Of a stretch of 64,000 nucleotides of DNA, positions 61,498 through 64,000 are shown piece after piece (the first letter of the stretch is position 1; each line of letters begins with the position of its first letter). A program made the position numbers and the translations under genes. Below the pieces are notes generated by a model. It was given only the letters and a program-made list of their open reading frames with translations. It was not told the origin of the DNA and made no database searches. Source of the DNA: Mobula hypostoma. Taxonomy: Eukaryota. The stretch is taken from positions 124,001 through 188,000 of the forward strand of contig NW_026948254.1 in the NCBI RefSeq assembly GCF_963921235.1. Reading direction: 5' to 3'.

Positions 61498-63269
61498 CCA
61501 CACAGAAACTTTCACCACCGCTTTCAACCAGATGCATTTCATCCGCGAAGAACTCGCGTACGGTTTTTTTTAGATCTGATTCACTTGCCATTATACCACG
61601 TCTCAAACATGAGGAAAGGATTTGTCCCTTTTCTCAGATCGGCCTGTCTTACCATAGACATCTGGCACTGTTTTAACCGGGGTGAGTAATGTGACAGATA
61701 TTCTTCCAGGATCTGAAACAGAAACACAGACTAGTAGAAATCATCCAGTGAAACAGACACCGTTGAAAGAGAAACCAGTTAATACTCACCCTCGGAACTG
61801 AGTCAAGAGTGTAAGCGCGTCAATTTTCAACGTGGAGATTACGGGGCGATGAAAGATAAACTAGACCGTGGAGATTTATTCATTCATTGTGGAGCGTGAA
61901 AGACTGGGTTTTATGTACTGGGGCAGAACAGGAACATGGGCGTCACCATAGAAACGACGAGTGGGCGGTTCAGCCGGTGTAAGAAAGAAACATTCCACCT
62001 CACACACGATCCAGTCCAGTCGGAAGACGGGATTCCGCTCTGCTCATTTTTGTTCCGCCTCACGATGGCGCTGGAGAAGGTCGCAAAAAGATGCCCGAAT
62101 GCCAGTGGATTAAACATTAAACTGTGATGAAGCAGGAAGCTCAGGGAGAACCATAAAGACCGGCAGGGAAGTATGCCGTAGTCAGAGCACAGAAACTTTC
62201 ATTTCTAATTCAGTGGATACGTCATTGTGAAATTGAGAGTGCAGTAGGCTTAAAGTCTGCAAGTTTGCAACTAAATCGCTGCGTCAAATACCTACAGCAG
62301 AAGGAATCGAAGAAAGTCATCATGTTACGCCACACTATGCAAAATCTTACATTTCTACTAAACCCGTGCCCTTCGTATTAGATGTATCTGATACGGAGAA
62401 ATGGTTACCACTACTGAACACATGTATGCCGCTAATATTAAAAAAAACACATCTGTGTGAAGCACCTCTTCCTTCTCCGCAGTTATCTGAATTGTTCGAT
62501 TCCCGGCAACCGGTCTGCAGCGTCTCCACTGTAATGACATTCTTCACTTATGGGGAACAGAAAGATTACGATATTCTAATCAGATCAATATTGTATATTA
62601 CTGCATCGTCACCTTTCCCCTCAGTGAAGTCAGGTATTCGGAATGTATCGATCATGACATTATCAATCGGCTTTCATACATTTAGTGATCTTTGAACTTC
62701 CATTCCCTTGTTTTTCGCTACATCAACTCTGGCGAGAAACCCGTCACTCTTTGTGAATATCCAGCCCTACTCACCCATGGTAGGTAATGAGCACACACCT
62801 CAATATTGATTCCTGACTGCACCTCGATGACTACCTGACACACTGATCAATTTAAACCCATACCCAACGACCTGTTGGCTTATTCCTGTAATGAATATCT
62901 AGACGCAGTGAAATGTTCTTCTTGTGTGCTATTCAGTTCAGACTATTCGCTACATCGAAGCACCAGGCCAGGAAAAACAGTCCAAAAGCTGAATTGACAA
63001 TGATGTGTCACATTTACAATGGAAATGCAGTTCAGGTTGCTAAATTTGTAAATACGGCTACCTACCTCACTGTCAACAACGCTACCAGTTTGGTGCATCT
63101 GCAAAACATTGTCACTGCTGGTACAAATGCAATGATTGCAGACGCTCTGTCGATTTAACCATTTGCACCAACCCGAGGGTCGTGTGTACGATGATTGAAT
63201 TACTGTGCTTCATACCGGCGCGAACTTTGATGGGAGCTGGTTTACCATACGGGCGGCTGCATCCATTTC

Positions 63270-63640
63270 CTGCACACGGAGGAACTCAGCAGGTCAGGCA
63301 GCATCGGTGGAAATGATTTCGGGCCGTTCCCCTTCAGCGGGTCTCCAGTGGAAGCGGGAAGATAGCAGAATAAGAAGGTTGGGGGGAGGGGAAGCTGGGA
63401 TACCTGGAAGATAAGACAGGAGGTGAAGGCAGATGGGTGCGCAAGGGGGACGAAATAAGTGGCTGGGACGTGATACGTCGAAAATGCAGAGCTGGAGAAG
63501 AAGGAATCTGACAGGAGAGGAGAGTGGATCATCGGAGCAAGAGAAGGCCGAGATGCATCTGGTGAGGTGTCAGGCAGTTGACGAGAAGTGTAAGAGTCCA
63601 GAGAGGGGAAATGAAGAAGAGCGAGAGCGGAGTGGAAAAT
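63270..63640 (-). mobile_element. Old Penelope-like pLTR fragment
   Basis: ggaggaactcagcaggtcaggcagcatc terminus; ggagaagaaggaatctgacaggagaggagag shared with ~36470. Confidence 0.62.
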
Positions 63641-64000
63641 GAAGACGAGGGAGAGCGGAGTGGGAAATGAAGACGGGGGAGAGCGGAGTGGGAAATGAAG
63701 ACGGGGGAGAACGGAGTGGGAAATGAAGACGGGGGAGAGCGGAGTGGGAAATGAAGACGGGGGAGAGCGGAGTGGGAAATGAAGAAGAGGGAGAGCGGAG
63801 TGGGAAATGAAGACGGGGGAGAGCGGAGTGGGAAATGAAGAAGAGGGAGAGCGGAGTGGGAAATGAAGACGGGGGAGAGCGGAGTGGGAAATGAAGACGG
63901 GGGAGAGCGGAGTGGGAAATGAAGACGGGGGAGAGCGGAGTGGGAAATGAAGACGAGGGAGAGCGGAGTGGGAAATGAAGACGGGGGAGAGCGGAGTGGG
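63620..64000. repeat. 28-bp minisatellite (tgggaaatgaagacgggggagagcggag)n, at least 13 copies, running off the window
   Basis: Period of 28 bp (63661 vs 63689). Confidence 0.95.

Larger units (their letters stand above)
57850..63235 (+). repeat. Upstream cassette of a probable further receptor copy (E) whose gene would lie beyond the window
   Basis: Colinear with the upstream regions of B, C and D; 63181-63220 matches 54811-54850, about 350 bp before the ATG of D. Confidence 0.65.

Overview
Repeat-rich vertebrate genomic DNA with two N gaps. It is most likely from a cartilaginous fish (ray or shark); this is inferred from the CR1, Rex1/Babar, Penelope, R4/Dong and Gypsy repertoire and from the receptor family. 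The core is a locally duplicated cluster of two-exon class A GPCR genes of the GPR139/GPR142-like type. Three copies look intact (minus 18582-20599, plus 37440-39749, plus 55198-57585), one is a pseudogene (8745-9625), and the upstream cassette of a probable fifth copy runs off the right end. The copies share an ~235-bp TATA/CRE promoter cassette, near-invariant intracellular loops, variable extracellular faces and mosaic, gene-conversion-like identity tracts. That pattern suggests a diversifying sensory-type receptor repertoire. At the left, two exons of an MS4A/TMEM176 (CD20-domain)-like gene lie in purine-skewed low-complexity DNA. Five short Penelope-derived insertions with target-site duplications each carry a minimal type I hammerhead ribozyme motif. 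Most long ORFs in the supplied track at 1-5400 and 41500-44200 are low-complexity artefacts. All family assignments come from motif recognition by eye; no searches were run.
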